A stretch of 64,000 nucleotides of DNA from contig OZ024740.1 in assembly GCA_964016885.1 (NCBI GenBank), forward strand, positions 240,870,001 through 240,934,000, read 5' to 3'. This DNA comes from Eledone cirrhosa (lineage: Eukaryota). Under the pieces are notes generated by a model. It saw only the letters and a list, made by a program, of their open reading frames with translations. It did no database searches and was not told the origin of the DNA. Numbering within the stretch: the first letter of the stretch is position 1; the number at the start of each line of letters is the position of its first letter. The position numbers and the translations under genes were made by a program. This document shows positions 37,100 to 50,316 of this stretch, piece after piece.

Positions 37100-38210
37100 G
37101 AATCTGGACATTGCCTCCTTCCATATATTATAACCCTTCAAGCAATAACAGAGGAATTCAAGACTGGCTGCCAATGGGAAAGCCTATATGCTGATGATCT
37201 AGCACTCATAATAGAAGTGGCAAAAGTTGAAAAGTTTGAGGCATGTAAACAACAGGCTTCAAAGTAAACCTAGCAAATACAGAGGTTCTTGTTAGTAAGA
37301 AAGAAGATAGGATTCTACTACCATCATGGAAACAGCTGTGCTTAACATGGAGAAAAGGTGTCTGTAGGTACTCAATGCAGGATACCCACCAGTGTGTAAG
37401 AGGGGTGGGATCACAGGTAGGTTGACAAAGAGGTAGACTTCATATGTGACAAATGCACAGAAGTAATCAATAATAAGGTTACTTGTGCAACAAACTCCCC
37501 CAAATGTTCAGAAATCACACTAGAAGTAACATAGCTTTTGCTATCTAGAAAACTTCATTAGCAGTTGAAGTGGATGTACCAAAATTATTATAGCTGGAGT
37601 GAGAACAAAGTGAAAGAAGTTCAACGAGCTGTTTTCTCTGCTAGCAACAAACAGCTTCTCTCTCAGAATGAAGGGCAGATTACATGATGCTTGTGTTTGA
37701 ACTGCTAGGCTATTTGGCAATGGTGACACAGAAGATTTGCAATGGCTGGAAAGAAATGAAGCATACATACTATGCTGGATATGTAATGTCCACATGTGTG
37801 AATGATGGAGCACAAGTGAACAGAGAAAAGCTGAGTGTAAGAAGAATTGGATGTAGTGTGTAAGAGACAACTGCATTGGTATAGGCATGTGATGTATAAA
37901 GAGAGCAAGAACAGTATAATGATGTGCCAATGTAATGTAGAGAGAGCCATGATAAAATGCAACTTGTACATTCTATGTAGTTGGTGATTGAATGGAGACA
38001 ATACAGAGTAATAAGGACTGTTCAGTCTTGCTAAGTACATGACAACCTCTCTAGTGCCGGTGACATACCCAGTATTTTGTAATATAGTTGGGATTAGGAA
38101 GGGCATCAAGCCATAGAAGCCAAGCCATGATTCTTTGATCAATCTGGTCTACAACTATGATAGCCTGTTCAACCTATGTCCCAAAATGGAAAATGGATGT
38201 AAAAATGATG
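37100..38210 (+). mobile_element. Old RTE LINE 3' fragment
   Basis: gaggaattcaagactggctgcc..tatgctgatgatct and 3' UTR ggattaggaagggcatc. Confidence 0.8.
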
Positions 38211-38824
38211 AAAATATTAAACATATGAAAGGCATTTAAAAGAAAAACTGGAAAAAAAAATGGAAATTTAAAGAAAGTTACTCTAATTATGATAGTCCAA
38301 ATTTTGTGTAATCACTAAATAGATTCTATACTAAAAAAAACCAAAGTATAGAATCTGGTACTATTAATTAATAATCTTTCCATCACTTCTTTGGAGAATA
38401 TAGTAAAGTTCATGCTTTGCTGATAAGGTTGTAGTAATTATTTTGTGTCAAAATAAATGTTTCATGGCTGATGTTCCTTTACCTACATGATCATATATTT
38501 GATTTCATTACAAATTATGCTAGTGGAGGTGAAATGTATCTTGATCACCAACCAATGATAGATTAGCATTGCTTTATTTTACCTGGTTTTCATGACTAGA
38601 AGAACCAACTTTTAAAATTTCCAGTTGGTTTTCAAACTAGAAGCAGACATTCAGCTGAATCATCACAACATAATTGTGCACACACATGTACAAATATACA
38701 CATGCCATTTCCCAAGCACATGTATATATGCGTTCATTTGCACACACACTCATTATGCACTTTTCTACACACTGGAGTTAACTATCCTGATCTATTAAGA
38801 TTTCATGTAAGCACACAAGCATAT

Positions 38825-39200
38825 ATATTATTATCATCATTTTTATGCCCATTTTTACATTTGGATGGGCTGGTTGGATCTTCTTCGGCACAGTTTTCCC
38901 ACTGATTGCAGTCCCTTGTCATCTTTGAGGTTCAGCCTCCTGAGTCTTCATGACTTCTGTTTTTCCCAGGTTCCTTCTACTTGTGGCACTTCTTTTGCAC
39001 AATACATCTGATGCTTCTCTCTGCATATTTATGCATTGAAATTTATGTTCACATCCTGTGGAGCATGCTCACACCATTTCTTTCCAGCCTTTATATATCC
39101 TCTACATTGAATATCCATGTCTCACTACTGTGATACATTATACTTCATACAGGAGCATAATACAATCTGTTTTATCAAGTTCTTGGAACGTTTCCCCATC
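38825..39200 (-). mobile_element. Very degraded RTE 3' fragment
   Basis: Residual similarity to the 16836 copy 3' end. Confidence 0.45.
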
Positions 39201-40458
39201 CCATTCTTACTCTAGCTACTATGCTCCCAGAACATTTATCTCTTCTATTAATTTGGCTACCTACATCACACACACTATCAACTACTGGATTAGAAAGAGT
39301 TTATTTCACTGGTGTTCTTACAGTTAACTACAAAGATTTTCTCAATCAGACTGCTTGTAATCCCACCTACTCTGACATTTTAGAAAAGGACACATTGGGT
39401 GATGATGTCATGGATGCATTGTGGCAAGGAAAATAAAAATGGGATGGTCATGGTTGAAATGTCATTGATCATAGGTCTTAATCAGAGCCGACTTGGGATT
39501 TAACAACACCCACTTGACCTAGATGCACAAAACAATGGTTGTTTAGTAAATGAGAGAAGCCAGAAATAGTTGTGAAATCTCCATCAAATCATATGCTACT
39601 TTCTTGAAAATGTTCACATTAAATGTGATCTTATATAGAATATGTAAAAAAAAAAAGAGAAAATGGCTAGAACATCTTTGATTATAGGTTTTCTTGGTCA
39701 GGGCCGAATAACAATACAATAATTTGATGGTTATCAAGTCAAGGTATGAGCTTTTATATAGTTTCACTTGATCAACATAGCAGCCACATCTCATTCATCA
39801 AATCCTTACCATCTATAAAGACGAGATGGTCTAAAACTTTGGATAAAATGCCAATGGATAATGGAAACTAGAAATGCAAATCAAATTTTCTCTCTGATTA
39901 GCTATGGATTGTCAGTTAAAACAATGTTGGTAGTTTGAACTGACAACACAACAACAATACAGTGGCTGTTTGAACATACAACTATTTGATTATTAGACAT
40001 CATTCACACTTCTCTCACACTGTACAATAATTAGTAATCACTCCATGCACCCCTTACCAACATTCAGATACTCAATCTCTCTCTTACTTCTAAACATAGC
40101 TTCTACCAAACCAGCATCATCTCCACAGATATCAGATTGCCAGACAATTAATTAATCAGGATTACTTCCCTCTATTATGAACCATGTTAATGCTACTACT
40201 AATTAATTCTAGCTGATCAAGTTTGAACTATATGCAAATGAGCATATCCAGTTGAGGTTTCATATGCAAAAAAACCATATAGGCTTCAGCTTATTCTTGT
40301 CTCAGTAGCAAGTGAGTAAATGTCACTGATGATAGATAAAAACCCAGAAACAACTGTCTGGCATTCTCACCAGTAGTGGGATAGCTGTAATATGATCACA
40401 ACTTAAAATATTCATGGCAAGACTCTTGCATGTTTATTATACATAAACATATATATGC

Positions 40459-40886
40459 TTTCATATACATTATGAATGGCAATAAGTTACTGCTACTTTC
40501 ATATACATTATGAATGGCAATAAGTTACTGCTACTTTCATATACATTATGAATGGCAATAAGTTACTACTACTTTCATATACATTATGAATGGCAATAAG
40601 TTACTGCTACTTTCATATACATTATGAATGGCAATAAGTTACTGCTACTTTCATATACATTATGAATGGCAATAAGTTACTGCTACTTTCATATACATTA
40701 TGAATGGCAATAAGTTACTGCTACTTTCATATACATTATGAATGGCAATAAGTTACTGCTACTTTCATATACATTATGAATGGCAATAAGTTACTGCTAC
40801 TTTCATATACATTATGAATGGCAATAAGTTACTGCTACTTTCATATACATTATGAATGGCAATAAGTTACTGCTACTTTCATATAC
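40459..40886. repeat. 38-bp minisatellite, ~11 copies
   Basis: tttcatatacattatgaatggcaataagttactgctac; near-identical units. Confidence 0.97.
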
Positions 40887-41051
40887 CAAACATTTTCATA
40901 TGATGCAACCATACCTCCTACTTCCTGGATATTTGACATTTCATAACGACTGAACAGAGCTGAAACCATCTTAGGCAGGTCTCTTTACATCCCTCACACA
41001 ACAAAATCATGTTAGCCAAATCAAAAACAACCCACCCTATATACTGGATGT

Positions 41052-41624
41052 ATGTCACCAACATGACCACTTTACAGTGTGGGCTGGGCACTTTTTGTCA
41101 TGTCACCAACATGACCACTTTACAGTGTGGGTTGGGCACTTTTTGTCATGTCACCAACATGACCACTTTACAGTGTGGGTTGGGCACTTTTTGTCATGTC
41201 ACCAACATGACCACTTTACAGTGTGGGTTGGGCACTTTTTGTCATGTCACCAACATGACCACTTTACAGTGTGGGTTGGGCACTTTTTGTCATGTCACCA
41301 ACATGACCACTTTACAGTGTGGGTTGGGCACTTTTTGTCATGTCACCAACATGACCACTTTACAGTGTGGGTTGGGCACTTTTTGTCATGTCACCAACAT
41401 GACCACTTTACAGTGTGGGTTGGGCACTTTTTGTCATGTCACCAACATGACCACTTTACAGTGTGGGTTGGGCACTTTTTGTCATGTCACCAACATGACC
41501 ACTTTACAGTGTGGGTTGGGCACTTTTTGTCATGTCACCAACATGACCACTTTACAGTGTGGGTTGGGCACTTTTTGTCATGTCACCAACATAACCACTT
41601 TACAGTGTGGGTTGGGCACTTTTT
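41052..41624. repeat. 48-bp minisatellite, ~12 copies, derived from the RTE 3' UTR
   Basis: tgtcaccaacatgaccactttacagtgtgggttgggcactttttgtca; the reverse complement matches aaaaagcacccagcccacactgtaaagtgg in RTE tails. Confidence 0.95.
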
Positions 41625-41754
41625 CTCCAAATACCTATACAACCACTTTATAGTAAGGATTGGGAACTTGGGTGGGGGAGATGCATGGTGATTGGGGAGG
41701 TAATCTAGAATTGAGGGGATTACAATGTGGAAGGTGTATGGGAGGGAAAGTGGC

Positions 41755-42410
41755 ACTTACGAGATGTATGCCTCAGCCCCTGCATATGGGAAGGCGGGTC
41801 GCCAGAGATCACGGTCATGTGTCATCACCATTGAAAGGTGCAATTGTGCAAGGTCAGCTTTTACCACCTCATCCCTAGTCTTCCCACTCCATAGCTTCCA
41901 TTGACTTTGAGAGCTCTGCACCTTTTTATACAGCTGTGATCCTTCATACACATCACATGTCCACACCAAAGCAATCTCCTCTCCTGGACACTGCATCAGA
42001 TCCCTCTTATGCCCAATTTCTCTCTCAGTTCATTTATGCTTTGTCATTCATATATATTACTATTACACATCCATTGAAGCATGGAAGCTTGATTTCTCTC
42101 CAATCTTTGCAGGTCCTCTGTACAGTGCCTAGGTTTCATTACCATGTAACATTGTTGTTCGTATAAATGCATCATATAATCTGCCTTTCATTTTGAAGGA
42201 AAAACCTTTTGTAGTTAGTAGTGGAAGTAACTCCCTAAACTTTCCCCAACCCATTCTTACTCTAGCTAATGCTTTCAGAACACCTTGCTCTACTGCTAAT
42301 TTGATCATCCAGGTAACAGAAACTATCTACTATTTCTACAGAGCCCTCTGAGAATTTGAATGAGTTTGTATCCTGTGAGCTCTTGCTATTTACTGCCCCT
42401 GTACATTTTT
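41755..42410 (-). mobile_element. Degenerate RTE LINE 3' fragment
   Basis: EGSVEIVDSFCYLDDQIS and DEVVKADLAQLHLS..MTHDRDLWR. Confidence 0.85.
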
Positions 42411-43429
42411 CCATTACCCTCAAGCAATGCACCTTAGAGCTAGCACATGCCCTCATCAAATTCTCCAATTTCTCTTTTTATACACACCTTTATAGTATGT
42501 TCCATTTCCATGAAATGCAACCACTCTGACCTCACATTCTCCCAATATCTCAAATGTATTGGAGAGTCATTAACATTCACTTTCTTCAACATCCTTATTG
42601 ACCATTACTATGGTTTCCCTAGCACCAGATATACTGGAAACTTGCGCTCTTAGATCATTTATCAGTAGGCTGCTGCCATTGAGAAATCTGGCAAAAAAAC
42701 AATGGTATTGTACTTGACCTCAGCATGTTTGGCATATGACCTCCTAGCATAGATGCTTACCTTTTGGTTCCCCATCTTCTTCTGTGGATCAAAAACCTTC
42801 ATTCAGATCACATCATTGCAATGAATTCTGATGGAGCTCTCTCTGCACCATTCTATCAAGGAGCTTTCTTTGAATCATACTATCAATTCTGGCATGCCTC
42901 AAGGTTCAGTTATGTCTTTACACTGAGCCTTCTGCACATCTATCAACAAGCTTCTTGTCTTCAGCTCCTACACTATCCATACCTATGCAGATGATGTCAC
43001 CTTTCACTTCTTAACATTTTGCATACAAGCATCAGCCACATGCAATCTAGTCATTTCACCTCAACTTGTATAAACTCCCTCAAAAGCATAAAAATACAAT
43101 TAACACACACATTAAGGAATCAATCATGTACTCCACTCTCTAGTCATGGACAACATACAACTAAACCCTGCAAAGTTGCTATAAATTCTATGCCTGATAA
43201 TCGCGGATGATCGCTCCTGATGATCTCATATCATGATATAGCTCTAACCGCATTCCAAAATATTTCTGTTCCAACAGTTACTAAGTCTCTTCAAAACTCA
43301 AGTGAGATCCACAATGTACACATATGAAGATCATAGGTCATCCCCTACTCTCCGAAAGCCAACTGACTAATTGAGTCACTCATCAATATGCTTTAACCAC
43401 AAATGTGCTATCTCACTTTGCTTATTTAC

Positions 43430-43930
43430 AACTAGTAGAGGTACACGGCGTTGCTCAGGTATTAAATAGCAGTTGTGTATAACATTTATGTCAATACTTC
43501 AGTGCTGCTTCGAAAACTATACTTTTACAAAATCATCGGCTTTTTCCAAAAGGGCGTTCCTGCCCCCAGGGGTCCCCTACTCAATATGTGCCAATTCTGA
43601 GAGTTCACATTCACTTGTAGGACAAACGTAGCCCATGTGTCAAGTTTTTTGAAAATCGGTTGCGAACTCCAGAAGTTATGACGTTTTGTTGCATTGCACT
43701 GCAGTGCTTCAGTCGACTCCAAGGAAGTGATTAAAGGGGGTTATCTGACGGGAGGCCCTATAATCAATATCTGGAAAAATGAAAGTGCCCATGACCATCC
43801 GGAGTACATAAGTAACCTATGTCTTAAGTTTGGTGAAAATACTGTAGAAATGCATAAGGTTTATACATACACGTGCGTGCATGTGTGTGTGTATGTATGT
43901 GTGTGTATGTCCGTCGGGGCATACGTATGT
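43430..43930 (+). mobile_element. DINE/HINE-like element
   Basis: aactagt..cacggcgttgctc start; aagtttggtgaaaat and (GT)n near the end. Confidence 0.45.
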
Positions 43931-43980
43931 ACTGGCCTAAATCTTCACTATTTACTTTTACTATTTTAATAACCTCTGTC

Positions 43981-44400
43981 ATTTTCGTTTTCAATTTTCT
44001 TTACATCATTCTTAAACTCCGGGGCTGGAAATCATTCTGTTATTTTAAATAGAATATTAATCTAACGACTCCATTTATACCATAAACTTGGTCTTGTCTT
44101 TGTATGAAATTGTTCTTCTCGGTCCACATAATGACGTATTATCCTTGCTTTTTTTCCATTCATTACCAGGGAACGTCTTCACGAACCAAAATATCGTCTT
44201 CCTGTTTTCCCTCGGTTGCAACGTTTCTCGAAATATTTACTTCTGCGTTCACAGATTACTCTCAGTTCAATTTGAATGGGAAATTCCTGTTTCATCGATT
44301 TTCTCCGTAACCATGGAAGCTTGTAGCTTGAAAGTTGACCCAACGCCTCCTCGGGTCATTCTGCATAACTGTGTAAATTTTCGCTGCATTCCACCAAGCC
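43981..44400 (-). promoter_or_regulatory. Candidate promoter / non-coding first exon of the adaptor gene
   Basis: Unique, CpG-retaining stretch with a possible donor ATG|gtataa at 44081/44080, a GGGAAATTCC kB-type site at 44278-44287 and a GAAANNGAAA-type tract at 43981-43999. The first coding exon begins with a splice acceptor, so an upstream exon is expected. Confidence 0.35.
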
Positions 44401-45476
44401 GTTTCAACGTTTATCCGACTACACCTACTTACTTAAATATACAACGTCCGACCACTTCCAATTTATATAGTAGATTACAGCAATGGCCCCAGACTAAGTG
44501 GTTGTGTACTACCTCTACCTAAACCCACCTGGCACACTCATCTCTCATCACATATATTGTGCTTCCTTAACTATATTGTCTAGTCATTCCTTTCCAAACC
44601 ACCAGTCCTATGGAGTTCTCTCCTGTCCTTGTTTTTCATGCAGTTGTTAACTTGTTTCTGTTCAAAATGAACATCAACTGAATACAAAAATTATAGATAC
44701 AGCCTCAATTTTTTTTTCCACTAAAAACCATGAAAAACAAAACAAAGAAACTTTCTTCCTAACATAATGTGTATGGTGCTTCATCTCTCAAACTTCATAC
44801 GCAACACTTTATCCAATTCCTACATTCTCACTCATGTTTTAATCTAGCAACCTCCAATTTGCAATGATCCAAATTGACCTCAAATAGCTGTTTATCTTTC
44901 TTTTTATCTAGAAATAGAATTTCTACCCAACATTCTTATTATTTGAGTTAAAATTTGCAATTTGTAAAATCATTAGAATCACAAGATACCATTAGGAATT
45001 ATTTGTTAAAGACTTGAAGGATATGCATGTTAACTTATCATCATCACTGTTTCATATCTATTTTCCATGCTGGCATGGGTTAGACAGGGTGTCACATTCT
45101 GAGATTTGATAGGTCAAATGACCACGCTTTGCTCATACATTCTATTTTGGCATGCTTTCTACAGCTGGATGCCCTGCCAAATGCCAACCAATTTACAGTG
45201 TGTACTGAATTATCATAATGATCATACACATGCATATTTTCAGATGACATGCAGTGAGAATTTCAAATGTTAAAAGAAAGAATAGTTTAATACAATACCT
45301 TAAATAAACTTCAGCAAACTAACAATTTTTTACAGTCCATAGCACAACTGAAAATAAATAATGTAAATATTCAGATATTAAAGCAGATATTTCAAATACC
45401 TGAAGGTATTGAAATTAGAAACCAAGAGGAGCAGTAATCCATTTAACACATCCACTTCCACTATTGTTATATAGTC

Positions 45477-46436
45477 TACTAGCATTAAAGCCCGGCGTTG
45501 CTTCGGGGTCAGTAAGTTACCAATGTTAGGTTGCACCACCCATTTTATGGCAGCACTTTTTGTCTGCCAGGTACTGGGTGAATGAATTGCAGACTTGGAC
45601 TGCCGAAGCAGGAGCTGCGCCAGCAGTGACAATTGTAGTTCCGCCTATGGATATTATCTCTGTGCAAAGAAGTGTTGAAATTTATTGTTTCACGCGCGTA
45701 GACGATGCCAGCCGAACAACAGAGCTGCGATGGAGTTGTTCTGCATGATTGTCTGTGTGTTTCCTAAATTTAAGACAGTAAGGAGGGTTGTGATATGAGG
45801 GAGAGTTAGCTGTTGTTTCTAGCAGGTTTAGTGACCTCATAGAGGATATGTGTTTTCTAAATTTAAGACAGTAGGAAGGGATGTGATATGGGGGAGAGTT
45901 AGCTGCTGTTTTTAGCAGGTTTAGTGACCTCATAGAGGATATTATTGTGTATAGTAAATAAACTGATACTTCTTTCTTCTGCGTTCGTTGAATAAATTTA
46001 TCTGTTGCTTTTGAATAATTGTTGTTTCGTATGAAATGTAATAAGTACTCTTCGTTGTCATTGAAGTAAATATATGTTTGACCGTTCCACACTCAAAAAC
46101 AAACGTTCTCTCTCTCTCTCTCATTCATTTCTTCCTCTCTTCTAAGTTTGTAAGTTTAAGCGTATATAAGAGAAAGTTGCAGCATGTATGTAGTTTTATA
46201 GAATTTTAAGGGGAGTAGAGAGAGGTAATCAGATTGTATTAGAGGAGTAAAGCGTCATGTATTTAGTTTTATCGATTATTTCCGTAATTGTGGGTGAGTT
46301 TGAAATAAATAGTCGTTGACCTAAGTTAGACCATTTACAACATTCTTACAGAGTCAAATTGGTTTGAAATTGTGCAAATGTATAAACATGGAACATGCAC
46401 ACACACACACAACAACAATCTGCCTTTTATAGATAA
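45477..46436 (+). mobile_element. DINE/HINE-like element with internal ~90-bp tandem duplication
   Basis: Starts tactagc..gcccggcgttgcttcggg; ends (ca)n..ccttttatagata; duplication at ~45757-45940. Confidence 0.5.
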
Positions 46437-46454
46437 TGATATTCATTATCCTTG

Positions 46455-47035
46455 TCATCACTGTCTAACGTCTGTTTTTCTATACTAACATCGGTTAGAC
46501 GAGTTGTTCCGTTGTGAGACAAGTCAAATCAGATGACCATGTTTTGCTCGTACAGAACTGTTTCTGATTTGGTTTCTATGGCTGGATACCCTTCCTAATG
46601 CCAACCACATTTACAGTGTGGACTGGGTGCTTTTTGTTGTATCACCAATACGACTGCTTTAGTGTGGACGGGGCACTTTTTGATGCGTCACCAAAATTAC
46701 CACTTTACAGTATAGACTGGGCATTTTTAATCATTTCACCAACACATTTTTGTTGTGTCACCATCACAACCCCTTTACAGGGTAGATTGGGTGCTCTTTG
46801 TCGTGTCACCATCCCGACCACTCCACAGAGCAGACCAGGTGCCTTCTGTCATGCCACCAACATAACCACTTTACAGGGTGGATCGGGTGCTTATTTGTCA
46901 TATCTCCAGCATGACTACCTTGCAGGGAGAGCTAGGTACTCTTTTGTCATGTTACCATACAGGGAGGACTAGGCACTCTTTGTCATGACACCAACATGAC
47001 CACCTTGCAGGGCAGACAGAGCTTTTAGCCATTTC
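46455..47035 (-). mobile_element. RTE-type 3' UTR with a diverged array of the ~48-bp unit
   Basis: ggctggatacccttcctaatgccaacc followed by repeated accactttacag.gtgga..gggtgc.tttgtc.tgtcacc. Confidence 0.75.
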
Positions 47036-50000
47036 AGCAGCATTGTGGGAGAGCATGTTCAACTTTTCATGCATGAGTTGATCAAGAGGGATGCATCAGA
47101 TGTGGAAAGGGTGGATGGGGCATGTATGTAAGGTGAGGATTGGAGAGGTATGTCTAAAGTAGGGTACTCAGCTGGTGAAGGGTGGAGTGTTAAGATGTGT
47201 GTGTGTGTGTGTGGGGGGGGGGAGTATGGAAAGGGAAGAGGGAGAAGCGGTGCATATTAGAGACCACTAAATGTTGTTTCATCCCATGCACATGGGAAGG
47301 TGGCTTTTCAGCAGTACTGCAGAACGCCAGCTGTGCAAAGTCGAATAAAGGAAGTTTCAATGTGGTTACTCGACTTGCTAGAAATAGCAGTAAAATCTTC
47401 TTCGATCATACCTTATCATGTTAGAAAAAAACCCCACTGGATAATGTAGAGCAGGGGGGTAAACAATATCATAGATTTAATAGTTTCTAGTAAGTTTACT
47501 GTAATGTGGTATATGCATATATTTAGATGAACAGCTCATTGAAAATTTTGACCTAGATTAGGTACAAGTGACAGGATAAAAACTGTTAATCATTTGGTTG
47601 GTATGCCGGTAAACAGACTTGGTTTTCACCAATCCATCACTAGAAAATGTTGGCAATATAAACAAACTTTTCTTCATATTTATCTCTACAAATATTACAA
47701 TAATAGAATATATATAATATTAGTTTTAACGACACTAGTTGGTTATAGCCCATGCATTGCCAGTATACATCTCATTAATGCAAGTTACGGGTAATTTTCA
47801 ACACCAAAGAATCTTTTTCAGCTGCATATGAGCTACCAAGCACTCTGGCTGAATTGCCTTTAAGTGCCCCAGATTAGAACAAAGCTGGACAACGGCACCT
47901 TCATAGTTGGCGAATAAGCCGAATGTTAAGGTGCAGGTATGATAGGCAGATCGATAAGAAAAGATAGTGTGCTGTCGTATTGTCTCAGTGCCAAGAAATG
48001 TAGCCACCACAATATAATTAAGTGATTCTTAGTGCCTACGGACACATCCGCGATTCACCAGACTAGACTGTAGCGATAGTAAACGTCTGCACAGGATGAC
48101 CAGTTTTTGTACTCTTCGGGTCACCCACATTTTCATTGGCAGCCAGGATTCCGAAGTTGCAATCCCTCCTCGATTGCAAGTGGACGTCGCTGCCAAACAT
48201 CTTTGAAATGACAACTGTAAAAGCAGCTATATCAATTTTTTTTTATCAACACAACTGGGGACAAAAGACGGGTGTGGGAGCGCCGGATCCACGACCCTTC
48301 CCCAATTACTGGACAAGACCTCTACATAAAAAAAATAAAACAGAATTTAAATACGATCGTAATTGAATGATTATATAGGTCGAGTTTATTATCTACCAGG
48401 TAAATTGCATTTTATGTTAGCTATCAAAAACTATAAATAGATTTTGTTTTATCTTTTACTCTGAGTGGTTTTTGTTCGTAACCCGGTTTCTGTTGGATTA
48501 TGCAGATTTCAAATTAAAAAAATTCTAATAAAATAGCTAAGAGATGCTTGTTCAGTGTACAAAGGAGATATATAGTATATCAGTTTGGACATAACTTTTT
48601 GATGAAGCAATACATTCTTATTGTTAGAGAAGTGCTGTCATCAAATTTAGGACTAAAAACGTGGTTATCACATAAAAAAAAAATGAAATTTGAACGGTTA
48701 GTGTAATCACATAAACATGTCCATCTCCCATTTTATGTACGTGGCTAGAGGGTAGTGAACTGGAGCAATTTCAAAGTTTCTCACTTCAGTGAGGTTTACT
48801 TTGAAGGAAAAAGAAAGTATCCGGTAATATGTTGAAGTGAATTCATTTGTCTAGATCGCAACTTCCCGCCTCATATAAAAAGGTCTTGTGATTAGCGAAA
48901 GGAACTTATTAGAGGGAAGAAATAGAAAAATGCTGAATTTGAGAGAAAAATATGTATGTAAACAGTGTTCTCACGGAGAAATACAACTTTCTTTTCATGT
49001 CAAATACGTAACATAGTGAATATATAACTTAGAATTTTATAATATTAAAAAAAGACATCACGAGAGAAAGGATTGATCACATCCATAAGAACGCCTTCTA
49101 AAGAATCACTTGAAACATTGTTACGACTCCTCATTGATTGGAATCATTAAACTAATATGAAAAGTAATCAGAAAATTATCTCCCATCATGTACAGAAAAA
49201 ATAAGAATAACAGAAATCAGGTGCATAAATGTAAAGTAACTTATAAGAATACCCAAATAAGAAAGAGATTAAAATATACGGGAGTTTAAAACAAAAGAAA
49301 ATTTTGACCATAAAAATAAATATACACACACACGTGTATGTGTGTATAAAATGTATTATTAATGGAAATAATACATCTGAAAACGAATGTCCACTGCGCA
49401 TATTTCAGCTATGGTGACTGTTTTTTCATTAAAACTTTATCTACCACGAAAAAGTGTTTTTTTTTTAAATTTGTTTTTAAAGAATAATCAACTGCTAAGA
49501 GAATAGGATTAAGAAAACAGCAAAAATAACGGAATATGTATATAAAAGACTTAATTATCATATATAAAGAAACAAATAATGCTGAAAAACATAATATTTG
49601 TATTATATATATATATATAGTTAAAATTAAGACACCTACGTAGTTTTGTATTAAATGATGCAAGTCTATTTAATGCGAATACGTTTCAATGTAGTCAGTC
49701 ACAAGATTATTTTATCAATTTACTCTCATGATTAAATGTCTTGAATGTGACAGCACAACCAATACACTTTACCTATATTATTATTTATCACAATATCAAA
49801 CGAATTGAACGTGAATCTCTAACTACATTAAAATCAACCAACAGTGTATTATATCATCTTAAAGAAAAAAATACGAATGATTAGTTTAACATATCCAAGA
49901 TTGTTGGTGGCCAACTAAAAAAAAAAGAATGAAAGAAAATTGTTTACTGGAATAATAACTGAAAAACAAAATGTTAATATAGAAGAATATGAAATATTTA

Positions 50001-50100
50001 AATTAGTTTATAATCCATAAGAATATTAAATATCAACAACCTAAAGCAAAAACAGCAACCACAAAAGAAGAGGGTCAAAGCATAATGTAACGTGACTTAC

Positions 50101-50316
50101 TTGTGCTTCAGTAGATATCTTGATACATTTAAATAAGTCTTTGGTAAAGCTCTTGTTCGTATGTAATAAAAATATAGAGGTGTATTGATCATTTTCATCT
50201 AATTTATTTTCATTATCCAAAGCTAAAGCAAATAACATGGGAATTTCCCATATTCCAAATATACTCCCCATCCACTCCCTTGTTCGTACTTTTACGGTGA
50301 TGGGCGAAAAGGCAAC
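50101..50316 (-). other. Candidate 216-bp exon
   Basis: aaatag|GTT...CAA|gtaagt; open in phase 0 (VAFSPITV...ISTEAQ); weak polypyrimidine tract; no recognised homology. Confidence 0.25.

Noticed and set aside
40459-41624. CRISPR-like arrays
   Set aside because: The units are contiguous with no unique spacers, there are no cas genes, and the context is eukaryotic.
41009-41691. 214-aa and 204-aa repeat-protein ORFs
   Set aside because: Read-through of a 48-bp minisatellite derived from a LINE 3' UTR.
42600-43420. Possible CR1/Jockey-type RT remnant (tatgcagatgat)
   Set aside because: Too degraded to support boundaries or a clade assignment.
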